Origin: Thalia democratica
Taxonomy: Eukaryota
DNA: 64,000 nucleotides
Direction of reading: 5' to 3'
Assembly (NCBI GenBank): GCA_965202585.1
Contig: OZ241826.1
Location: forward strand, 28,210,001-28,274,000
Below, piece after piece: positions 50,801 to 61,618 of the stretch. The notes beneath the pieces were generated by a model, which saw nothing but the letters and a program-made list of their open reading frames with translations, was not told the origin of the DNA and searched no databases. The translations under genes and the position numbers were made by a program. Numbering within the stretch: the first letter of the stretch is position 1; every line of letters starts with the position of its first letter.

Positions 50801-51192
50801 CAAGTACTATACTACAACCCCCGAATTAGCTCAACATTAAAAACCAAATTAGGAAAGAATTTCTAAAGTTAGTAGAATAAAACTTCTTTTAAAACGGACC
50901 TCTCATTAAAATCCTTAACAGAAACACAATCAAAATAAGTTACTCATGTATGCCCAACGTAGAATCCGAAACTAACAAATCAAATTTTAAAGTTTTAGAG
51001 GAAAGTAAAACCAAGGAGCAAAATGAAAGAATTTAGATTGCATAATTAAAACTTCATGCCCAGTGGAAGGCAAATGCCTTTTCATAAGTGTTATGTACAA
51101 AGCTACGGTCAAAAATTTTAAATAAGATACAATAAGCATGTGCAAAGCTTAAAAAATAAAAATCTGAGAGAATTGACGAAACTGAGCTCTTT
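50801..51192 (+). mobile_element. Old, decayed Penelope-like retroelement fragment (RT C-terminal linker and start of GIY-YIG endonuclease)
   Basis: Interrupted motifs YYNPP, GKEFLKLV, KILNRNTIKISYSCMPN (50940-50958), TSCPVEGKCL..VMYKATV (51057-51110) and ETELS (51178-51192), all typical of PLE ORFs. Confidence 0.75.
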
Positions 51193-51889
51193 CATTTAGG
51201 CCGCCAAGTCCATCGAAGAGATGATCAAGAAAAACATCAAATGAAAAATAATGCTAAAAATTAATTAACGCAAACCGAGTAAAATTTTCTCTCTTTGCAA
51301 TGTAGAAAGACTGGAAACAGCATTTGCTGAAATAAAATAATCCCTTAACTCCAGAACTGAGTAGAGGGATTTTCAGAGTACTCGCTTATCAGAGTACTCT
51401 TTTAAAAAAGTCAAAATCAAATTGGTTTGTTTTAAATACTAAGACTGTAGTCTACATTTTGTAAAATTAAATTCACATTCAAAAAGATAAGATATATGTT
51501 TTTGTATAAGTTTTATTAATTCATTTTAGTAGTTTTAATATTGCAGCTAAAAAATAACTAATCAACTTTTTAAACAACAAAGTAGCATCTTTTTGTGTTG
51601 TTTCTATTTCATAACTAGATCATGATTCGGCAGTCTTTTTTAAGTGAAGGGCCAATATTCTCTCAGACAAGTTGACATGGGCTGTACTGTGGAGAAAACT
51701 TCGGCGGGGTGCAGTGAATTCATATAGTTGTAGTAATTATACTATTAAAACAGTGGACAAAAATGCGACAATAATTGATAATTAACAAATAAAAAACTTA
51801 TTTATAATTTTATACTACAAATGGAACTAATTGCTTTAAAAAAGTATTTTTGTAATGAAAAGTACATAGTGGGTCTTTAAAAATTTTTT

Positions 51890-51891
<2 letters not shown>

Positions 51892-51921
<30 letters not shown>
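51892..51921. repeat. (TA)n microsatellite flanking the Penelope-like insertion; a second (TA)n lies at 53031-53052
   Basis: Perfect TA runs on both sides of the element. Confidence 0.95.
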
Positions 51922-51926
<5 letters not shown>

Positions 51927-52012
51927 AGGTTAATGTTTAAACGTAAACACTTTCAACTGAGCCCACTTGAAGGGCTTTTAAATAATTTATTCAAATGGCG
52001 ATTTTAAAAATT

Positions 52013-52069
52013 CTGGAACATATGTTTCACAAAGCTTTAATTTTTCATAAAGCTTTGATCATCAGCCAG
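52013..52069 (-). ncRNA. Minimal type I hammerhead ribozyme motif (minus-strand arm)
   Basis: Reverse complement of the 52946-53002 motif. Confidence 0.75.
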
Positions 52070-52248
52070 TTAAATTCAAAATACAAAGCACTGTACTAAA
52101 CAAAGATACAAAAGTTATGCAAAAAAACAAAAAACAGTATGACGTAATATTGTACATTACAAATATTCAGTACAAAAATCGATCTACCTTCTAACTAATT
52201 AAACAACTAAAATTAACGAAAACAACAGTTAATTGACTATAAAATGCT

Positions 52249-52599
52249 TCAAAATTTGTAGTGTTTTAAAAGAAGCTTTTTTATATGTCGACAAGACGAT
52301 ATAAATTCGCTTCGCTTATTTAAACAACCTTCCTTTTTTAACGCATACATAACGGCTGTTGATTCTTTTAAGCACAGCCTACAAACAGGGTTGTTACCAT
52401 CTGCTATTGGCTGTGCTCTTTTTATCACCTCCCAAGTTAATTTAAAATCAATGTTTTTGCGCTTAAGGCCGCAAACATACTTCGAAAGCTCAGTTTCATT
52501 TTCGTATACACCACCTTTAAAGGATTTTTTATGGTTGGCATACCGAAATCTGAATTGAGTGGAGCATAGGCCGATGTAGAACTTCTTTTCAAGGTCAGA
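52249..52599 (-). CDS. Open C-terminal fragment (116 aa, no start codon) of a Penelope-type GIY-YIG endonuclease
   Basis: SDLEKKFYIGLCSTQFRFRYANHKKSF...ETELSKYV...W...CRLCLKE...LNKRSEFISSCRH, containing YIG, RYxNH, TELS, CxLCLxE and LNKRSE..SxCRH. Confidence 0.88.
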   Translation of the reverse strand, partial: SDLEKKFYIGLCSTQFRFRYANHKKSFKGGVYENETELSKYVCGLKRKNIDFKLTWEVIKRAQPIADGNNPVCRLCLKESTAVMYALKKEGCLNKRSEFISSCRHIKKLLLKHYKF

Positions 52600-52945
52600 G
52601 TTAACTGACCTTGAAAGTTAACTGACCTGTTTGTAAGCTGTGCTTAAAAGAATCAACAGCCGTTATGTATGCGTTAAAAAAGGAAGGTTGTTTAAATAAG
52701 CGAAGCGAATTTATATCGTCTTGTCGACATATAAAAAAGCTTTTTTAAAAACACAACAAATTTTGAAGCATTTTATAGTCAATTAACTGTTGTTTTCGTT
52801 AATTTTAGTTGTTTAATTAGTTAGAAGGTAGATCGATTTTTGTACTGAATATTTGTAATGTACAATATTACGTCATACTGTTTTTTGTTTATTTGCATAA
52901 CTTTTGTATCTTTGTTTAGTACAGTGCTTTGTATTTTGAACTTAA

Positions 52946-53002
52946 CTGGCTGATGATCAAAGCTTTATGAAAAATTAAAGCTTTGTGAAACATATGTTCC
53001 AG
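52946..53002 (+). ncRNA. Minimal type I hammerhead ribozyme motif
   Basis: ctgg (stem I) - CTGATGA - t caaagcttta [tgaaaaat] taaagctttg t (10-bp stem II) - GAAA - c atat g (palindromic short stem III) - t t (GUU cleavage triplet) - ccag (stem I'). Confidence 0.78.
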
Positions 53003-55625
53003 AATTTTTAAAATCGCCATTTGAATAAATTATATATATATATATATATATAAATATATATCGATTAGCGAGTTTTTATCTTACGTCATTCAATAGTTTC
53101 ACTAAAGCTGTTAAAAATCATACGCCAACTTAAAACTTATTTTAATTCACAACACAATAAAAAACTACAAAAATTGTTTATCTGTATGAAATACTACATT
53201 AATACTGGCTTCATTTGTTTACTTTCGTCTATTGATTATTGTTTTAACTTTTAAAGTCAAAAAATTTTACTAAAATTCTAAAAATAGTCTAAGACTTATT
53301 GAACCCTGATGTAAAATGTAGCAAACAGAATCAATCACAAAAAACTTAACTTTGCAAAATCAGAGTTTTGAATAATGAAAAGTCAGTTAGAAGGTAAGTT
53401 AAAAACAACTTATAAGTTTCAGCTATTTGTCAATATTTGATCAACAATTTGGATTATCTTGAAAATTCCTAAAAGAATTTATTAAACTATTTTCGTTGTT
53501 TCTTAAAATAATTTAAGCTAAATAACAGTTTAAATTTACCACTAAACGTATTAAAACTATAATTAAAGATTTAATTTATAAAGTAGTAAGGTTGAAGTAT
53601 AACTTAAATTTCTATATCAGCCTTATCTTAAACATAATAATTGTTTATATAAAATATTAAATATTTATTGTTGTATAAGAAACTAACAAAAAAGTACCTT
53701 GCTACATTTCTAAGAATTCTTTTAAAATCAGGTGATTTTAGTTAAATGATGATACTCAGATACTCAGGGCGTCATGAGCAGTAGAGGAGCCACCAGGGGG
53801 GCCATGAGGTCATAGTGTGAAGATTAAATAAGGTAATCTGAAGTTGCCTTTAAAGAGCAAATAAAAAGGTCTTGGATGTTTACTATGGTATTTTTTGAGT
53901 GATCATGGTACAAAGTTGCAATAGCTTTTTTAATTTCTATAAAGGGGGCCATATGAAAAAAAAGTTTGGTGAACCTTTGTGTCTACACAAGGAACCCATG
54001 TAAAATATCATTAGTGTTTTTTTTCAATATAAATAAAACACGTTGACACAAAATAAAACTAAATAAAGTTAATAACTTAAAGTTCAACTAAATTGAAATA
54101 TAATGACAATAGTAAGGAGAAAAGCGGTGAGTTCTTATCAGTTTTTATATCATAAACTACAAAACATACAATTTATATTTCTTCTGTTACCTAAATTATT
54201 TCAAAATCTTTTATTTGTAAAGTAAATATTTCTTTGTCATTTTTTAAGATAACAGGTTGGCCAGTTTTTAATTCAAAAAAAGCTGTATTAGGCCAACTTT
54301 GCTTTTTTTTATCGTAATAAGTATTGTTTTACATTTGACAAAATAAACAAAAATTAGATTTTTAACAAAATTAGTAATAAAATAACAGGAATTTAAATTA
54401 AATCATTGAAATCTCTTTCAAAGTCTAGCAAAATTTCCCTAGGACTATCAAAAATCTCAAAGCATTTCCTATTTTCTTAAAATTAAACTGGCCTGGAACC
54501 TTTTGAGATTTTCGTAGGTTCTATAAGTAAAAAGATTTTGTTTCTTATTTAATATAACAGGGTTGCCAGCCACTCTTCAAGTCAAACTGTATTTTTCCAA
54601 TTTTTTTTATTATTAATGCTTAAAAATATTTTTTTTAGTTTAAAAAAAATCAATAAAAGCTAGGTTCTTTGACAAAATTAGTTGTAAAACAACAAAGCAT
54701 TGAAATTAAATTATTTAAATTTTATTCAAAATCTAAGAAAAACTGCTTGAGATTATAAAAATCTTAAAAAAATCCCCAGGTTATTTCAAACTAAATTAGC
54801 CTGGTTTATCCTGAGATTAAATACATAAGATTTGAAATAGTCTGAGTATTCTTCAACATATTGATTAAAAAATAACAATGTATTTAAATTGAATCATTAA
54901 ATCCTATTCAAAATTTAACAAAAATTCCCTGAGATTATCAGAATTCCGAAAACGTACCCGGGTTCTTTTTTTTAGTTTTTTCTACTACTTAATTTAATTA
55001 TTTTATATACAAAAATGATTAAAGTTCCATGTTTTTTTCAGAAGTTTTCAGATTTCACCGAGCATTCTTACTTTTCCATTTAACAACAGATCTGCAAAAT
55101 TTAAACTGTTTTTAGAAAAAGTTGTATGTGCTAGAGCCTTATACCTTATTTATCAAGTCTACAAAATACAGTATGGGCTCATTTGATTTTGTATAATTCA
55201 AAGAAATTCAAATTATAGTTGTATATACCGCTTGGAACGTTTCTAAAATTTCAAGCTAGTTGTTTTAGAAAAAAATAAAAATAATAATTAAAGTAATTAA
55301 AAAAATATCTAAACAAAGTTTTCAATGAAATTATATATTTTGTAGTTATGAATTTTGTTTTATGAGCCATGATTTTAGACAAACTTCTTTACTGTGTGTA
55401 CTAAGTAATATATAAATTTGAATTTTTTCGAACTGAACTTTCAATTTAGATCATTTGTTTATCATAATGTGTTTAACTTTGTGTTTTCATTTAAATTATG
55501 TTTGTATATATATATAATTTATCTTAAAGTTTTGAATATAAGTTTATTTTCTTTTTCTTTTTTTGTGTGTCCTGTTTAAGTGGCTCAGGTTTTGATGCCT
55601 GAGTCCAACATTGCACAATAAACAA

Positions 55626-55652
55626 TATAATAATAATAATAATAATAATAAT
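55626..55652. repeat. (AAT)n microsatellite
   Basis: About 9 tandem taa units. Confidence 0.9.
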
Positions 55653-56137
55653 ATTGAATAGTTATTACTAAAATAATAGAGATTTTTTATTCTTTTAAAA
55701 AATATATTTCAAGCTTACAAAAGGTCTATATTAAGAGCTAATGTTTACTATTGTAACAAAAATATTATTACCACATGCTGTTTTTCCTTAACTATTTTCA
55801 CATATTATATATATGTTAAATAATTAAAAAAAGGAGGATAAATAGGTTTGAGTACATTTTTTTCTTTCTAAACACATAAGCAGATAAAAATATCATTTCC
55901 ATCTGTTTGTCTGTAATGAACCTGCTGCGTTTACCTGCATTTCATATTTTGAAGATTTAATATGCAGTTTTCGTGAACAAAATGAGTTTACTTGGATTTG
56001 TGTAATCAAGCACAATATTGAAGTAATCTTTCTAGTTACATTTTTTTCTTTGATTGTAGTTGAAAAGACTTTAAAACTGAGATTTATACCTATATTGTTA
56101 ACTTATAACTGCATAGAAATTTATTGTTGAATTTTTG

Positions 56138-56510
56138 ACGAGCATGAACTTAGCTTGAGAGCGTTTTTTAGGAATTTTATTAAAATGCCCAAACTTAAGA
56201 TCCAATTACTTTCCTTAGCTTAATGACTAATTGAATTTTTGTTTCTAGAGAACGGTCCTTTGTCTTTAGTTAAATAAAATATAATAATTTTGGAGAAAAG
56301 GTTGTATAAAAAAAAAAAAGTTTAAATGGACCCCACTTAAAAGGTCAAACCCAAATTCAATGGATTTTTTAAAGTTAAAGACAAAGGACTGTTCTCTAGA
56401 ATAAAAAACAGTTTTTAATTATTTATTAAGACTAGGAAAATAGTTGGGTTTTAAGTTTGACATTTTTCTAAAACTCCTAAAAAACGCTCTCAAGCTAAGT
56501 TTACGCTCGT
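56138..56510. mobile_element. ~370-bp MITE with ~60-bp terminal inverted repeats and an 8-9-bp flanking direct repeat (Mutator- or hAT-like)
   Basis: Left acgagcatgaacttagcttgagagcgttttttagga; right reverse complement acgagcgtaaacttagcttgagagcgttttttagga. Flanks gaatttttg and gaattttta. Confidence 0.75.
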
Positions 56511-57049
56511 GAATTTTTATGTTTTAAATTTTGAAACGTAAAAATTTTGTTAACAGATAATTTTTTTTCTAGTTTTTAACTAATATTTTAAATAAAATAT
56601 ATAAAACAATATTAATAATTACTAAGTATTTGTGGTGTGTTTATATGGTTAATTTATTTTAAACTAAGTACTCGGAGGCAAAGCGTTATCTGAAAATTTT
56701 TAAGTGTTCCTAAGTTTTGAAGTTGGTTGTTGAAATTTCTAGTCTAAAATTTATTATACTAATGTCTAACTTATATAATAAGTATTTTTCCCTTTGATAT
56801 ATAAAAACATTGATGGAATATTTTTTTTTATTTAATGCATTGGTTATAAGTTAAATGTGTGTATTTTATAGTTTAAAAAAATAGTTTTTTTCTTATGAAA
56901 ATTCAAGCTAATTTATTTTTAAAATTGCATTTTGGTTTTGATAAAAGAATATTTAATCAAATTTTTTCCAAAATTCAAATACTAGTTTTTAAGATTTGAT
57001 TTTTTTTAATCATAATTCTTTTAGATTTCATATTTTTTTATTAAATATG

Positions 57050-58200
57050 ATACCAAATAATTTAAATAAGAGTTACATTTATAAAAGGTCTTGCATTTAC
57101 TACAGTAATAATTTTGTTTAAAACTCAGGATAGTTTTTGGTTGACCAGATTGATTTTTGCTTTTAGGAAAACTTTTTTGCAAACCTGCAATACTTAATTT
57201 TTTATATTATGATAAATGAAAGTTTTTTATATAATTTGATACTTACTTTATTTCTTGAGATATTTTTCATAAAAGCTATAACAGCTTAATCAAAGTAAAG
57301 CTACTCCTGACCTTTAAATTTAAAAGATTGCCCTAGTCTTTTAAGTAAATACGAAATTCAGTCAACAAATTTTCTTTCTATACTAGAATTTTACATATAA
57401 GCTCTTAATAATTCATTTTAGACAAAAAGCATCTTTTAAAAGATCATGTTGAATGGTCATGTACTTAAGATACTTTTCTTAAAAAATACAGATTCAGGAG
57501 TTGGCACAGGCTTTACACAAACAAATACTACTCCTTTTTTTATATAAGGCAACTTATAACTTAATAATTGTTAATTAACGTTTCCTTAATTTTTTTTATG
57601 TTTAAAATTTAAACTCTTTCATCTAGATATAATTTGGTTTTTAAATCCAAAACTCAGTTAGTAAGTAAACATACCCTTACTGTAATAAGTTTATATTAAA
57701 TTTATAAGGTTCTTGTTGGTTTTGAGAAACATATTTAATTTGGTGGTTGGACGAAAATATAAACTGTTAGTTTTAACTAACAAAATCAACAAATGACGAT
57801 AGATAAATCAACGGCAAAATTAAAAGTAGACATTTAAGACATAAAATTCAGTATATAAAAGTATTCGAAACTTAATTTAATTACAATAAGTACTATTTTT
57901 TCATAAAAAATCTAAAGTAAACTAAAATAATAAAAATACTAATAGTATTATTTTCTATTAAACAGAGAAGTGGTTCCCAATGTCTCAAATAGCTAACAAA
58001 TTAATTAATATTAAATTCCTTAAGTCTCAAATTGATAAGAAATTAATAAATAATATAACAATTATAATGCGATTCGAACTATATTTTTCATACAAGATCT
58101 TTAGAAACTGACTTTTCTACCTAGGTTCAACAACAAATTAAGTTACAAATCGCTAGCCTACAAGGTAGTAAATTATAGACTGAGGTACCGATATGTTAAA
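57050..58200 (+). mobile_element. Decayed CR1/L2-like LINE fragment, homologous to 13870-14770
   Basis: Shared anchors taagagttacat, tttaaaactcagg and agatctttagaaac...ctaggttcaacaaca...caaggtagtaaatta. Confidence 0.45.
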
Positions 58201-59893
58201 AAATTGAAATCTTTTTTATGAAAATTTTTATGAAAAATACATCACTTAAGTAGTATTTTAGACTTTTTGTTGTATCATTGAATAAATATCCTTAAAAATA
58301 ATTTTGAAAGCTTATAAATTTTGTATAAATTTGTTGGTATTTATAAAGAAACAAGTCTTTTGTTTTAAGTATCTCCGGTCAACTTATCACTTGATAACTT
58401 TATATATAATATACAATTCAAACTAATTAATAACTTGTATGAAAACAAAAACTGCGTGTCGATTCTGTTAAGTTTATTTTTAAAATTATGTTATCTATAA
58501 ATTGAAATTTGAGTTACTAATACTAAGCAGAACCAATCCCATAAAAAAAAGATGAAAAAATTGTATATTTAATTAAGTATTTTTGACTAGCGAGTTTATA
58601 TTTTTAATGTTCAACGATATCAATAAAGTCATTATAACCGATACACCACCTAGAAACGTTTATTATTTTATAATTATAAAAATAGCTTTAACGAAATTCT
58701 TTATTAGTATGAAGCATTAAAATGCTTTATAACATATTTTTTAACTTTCCTCCGTTGTGTAAACATTTTGTACGTTTAGTCAGAAAAGTTTTAGTAATTC
58801 AGAGATTAGTTAGAAAAAATTATATAATAATTCAGCTATAACAAATTCGCAGAGCTTTCAAAACTACAACGTAAATAAATTAAAAAAAATATGAAGTAAC
58901 ACAATAATTTCCATTTGTGTTTGAAAAATATTTACAAAAACAGCAGTAATTACCAAAATAAACATACACTATAAGTAATAACAATTTAGCACTTTTTAGG
59001 TACCAAGCATAAAAATAAATTAGCTTTAGTCATTACTAACATAACATAAATGCTACTTGACATAGGTTCTTTTCAAAAGCTGACAGTATTAGTATTACGT
59101 GCAACGCAATTTCGCTTGAAATTACCCTGAAAACGTTTGTTTTTAAAAAAGGAAGGTTTTTGTGTCTTTTACTATTTAAACGTTTTAAAAATATCATAAA
59201 ATATGTAATAAAAAGTTTATGAAATCTAAATAATAAATTAGCCTTATTTATCGTTTAATTGGATTAGTTTCCTTTAAAAGACTAATCGTATGCATATTGA
59301 CACTTCTAAGACAACTCACTTATATACACAAACTTTTACTAACAAAATTAGATTAAAAGAGGCGCTTTAGTATATCAATAGTAACACGACCTTCAAGCAA
59401 TGTTAAAACTCATCACGGATGTTATTTGATAAGACTAATGAGACTCGGCCAACTTGTCAGATAAAAACTTTTTGTTGTAAAACCTAAACCCGTCTCACCG
59501 CACACGAGAAAGTCCAGGCGTAATCTCCGTAGACTTTGGCTAATGTTTTTGTTGATCGCCTCAACTATAAAAAGACAGCAGTGGAATTTTGTTTTGCTCA
59601 AATCTACTGAAAGCTAAAATCTGTCAAGTAGGCCGATTGGTGTAATTTAAAACCTGTAAAAAAATATCATCGAAAATTTGTGCATTGGACAGTAAAATAA
59701 CTTTCCATCTTTTTTAAACAAACCTGTGATTTTAATAAAATATTATGCTAGTTACCATTTTAAATAACTATTTGTTTAAAAATCTGTATAAAAAAAGTGT
59801 ATAGGACTATCCGTAAATTAAAACAATAGTAACTTTTATGTTTTAAAAGAAAGTTCTATTGTTTCAACTACAAAAAGATGGTTTATTCAAAGT

Positions 59894-61618
59894 CTATTGA
59901 ACGCTAAAAACAACTAAATAAGCTGGAATCACGCCGATCAGCTGCAGCCAGGTTCGTAATTTGTTGCTTTGAAAACAGCACCCTCTGGTGTCGGAGTTTG
60001 GTAAAACTTCATCGTCCGCGCTTATTCCTTTGCTTGCGACAAAGACGAACGACAACTTTCCGACTTGTCCGTTCGTGACACAGTTGCTCATTCCTTGCAA
60101 AATTTCCATGTCCAAGGTGGTGGACGCGAAGCAGTCACAATTGAATCTGCACTCGCACTGCTCCAAAAAATCCTTGTCGTTCGCCGGGTACCCTCTCGTC
60201 ACAACGTTCACCACCTCGTTCGCCTTGACTCCTTGCAGGTATAGCAAGCCTCCGCGTATCTGTTCGCCTTCGTCGACTGGGTTGATCTTGAAAATTTTCA
60301 GGATTGCCGAGTTCGGGCTCATTTTGGTCATCGACCCGAGCACAAACTGGTGATCTGAATCTGAAGCTTGCAGCAGCTCCGCTTTGTACTTGGCGGAACC
60401 GTTGGTTTCTGATATGCTGCTCCTTTCAAACAACAGTTGCTGCATAAAAGAGTTCACTTTGCGTTCAAACTGATGCTTCACAATTTCAATTTCTGCCTGC
60501 TGATTGACGCTTATTTCTTTTTCGAGCTCGGCAACAAAAGTGTTCATGGAGCAGTCTTCAGAACAGACAGGACTGTTTTCGATCGACACGTCTTTTCGCG
60601 GATCTGAAGTTGGCAGATATTTTGAAAACTTGGTCTCGTTGAGATCGACATACAAAATTTGGTTTGCAAGCTTGCGTGCACTTTGTTTTGTTTCGATTTC
60701 TATCAAGTATTCGAGGGTTATTAGGTCATGATGAGCCACAAATATTCTTTTTTCGTCATCGCCTACTTGAAACGTGCCCGAAAGAATTTTGTTTTCGTCG
60801 CTGTCGAACTTGTGGGCTGAAGAGTTTCTGAATTCAACTTGTTTGTAGGAATATGAGTTTCCATCGAAAACCTTTAAAACGGGGTCGTAACTAAAACTGG
60901 AGTCAAGACACGGGTATGAAGATTTAATAAACAAAGTTGAAGTTGTCTTCTTATCAAATAATGATTCACAAGTTTTAACGGACTGACCGTCTTTACGTTC
61001 TCCACAAAGACAACCTGAACCTACTAGCGTCTCTTTCACTTTACTAACAAACAAGTACGTCAAGTCTTTGGCGTTCCCATCGTTTTTCGCGTAGTTTAGA
61101 CCGTAACGATGAGCAATTTCAAAGCTGTTTGTCAAATAAATGCCAGGGCCATGTTTACCTGACGACGAAGGTCTCAGTCCTTCTCTTAAGATTCCCTCGA
61201 CGTTTTTTACTTTGGTGCCGTGCAGAAGCAGCGAACTCGGACATCTGCAACGTTCCATATTCGATTTGACCCTGTAAATCCTGATATTAACGTTTTTGTA
61301 TTTTTTTGATTGGTTCGTTTCAGCGCTCAAACCGAGCGATCCTTTCAACAGATCGTTATCCGGATCGTCGCTTTCCAACAACTGAAGCTCGTGCTTGGAA
61401 TCCTTTGAAAGTGATTTTTTAAAAGCAAAAGTGTTGCATATAAACAACTCCATAGCATCTTCCACCAATTCTTCTTTTTCCGCTTCAAAATATTTGACCT
61501 TGTTTTCAATTTTAGTTTTAGTCTTTTGCTTTTCTTCTTCGCACAGACGGCGCAAGTAGTTCTGAGGACCAGGAAACAGTGCGATTGTCTCATCTAAATA
61601 CTTTTCGTTTGAGTACAT
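59894..61618 (-). CDS. PARP/ARTD-like paralog copy 5, intact, 574 aa; closest relative of copy 3
   Basis: Uninterrupted single-exon ORF with the same motifs as copy 3 and about 25 amino-acid differences by eye. Confidence 0.92.
   Translation of the reverse strand: MYSNEKYLDETIALFPGPQNYLRRLCEEEKQKTKTKIENKVKYFEAEKEELVEDAMELFICNTFAFKKSLSKDSKHELQLLESDDPDNDLLKGSLGLSAETNQSKKYKNVNIRIYRVKSNMERCRCPSSLLLHGTKVKNVEGILREGLRPSSSGKHGPGIYLTNSFEIAHRYGLNYAKNDGNAKDLTYLFVSKVKETLVGSGCLCGERKDGQSVKTCESLFDKKTTSTLFIKSSYPCLDSSFSYDPVLKVFDGNSYSYKQVEFRNSSAHKFDSDENKILSGTFQVGDDEKRIFVAHHDLITLEYLIEIETKQSARKLANQILYVDLNETKFSKYLPTSDPRKDVSIENSPVCSEDCSMNTFVAELEKEISVNQQAEIEIVKHQFERKVNSFMQQLLFERSSISETNGSAKYKAELLQASDSDHQFVLGSMTKMSPNSAILKIFKINPVDEGEQIRGGLLYLQGVKANEVVNVVTRGYPANDKDFLEQCECRFNCDCFASTTLDMEILQGMSNCVTNGQVGKLSFVFVASKGISADDEVLPNSDTRGCCFQSNKLRTWLQLIGVIPAYLVVFSVQ

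Larger units (their letters stand above)
51922..53033 (-). mobile_element. Young 5'-truncated Penelope-like element with an inverted partial duplicate (arms 51982-52389 and 52626-53033)
   Basis: Two 408-bp arms are near-perfect reverse complements around a 236-bp spacer. The element carries a GIY-YIG frame and hammerhead motifs. Confidence 0.88.

Noticed and set aside
51340-51405. Hammerhead-like string on the minus strand (CTGATAA...GAAA)
   Set aside because: The core deviates from CUGANGA and stems I and III cannot be formed properly; at most a dead remnant.
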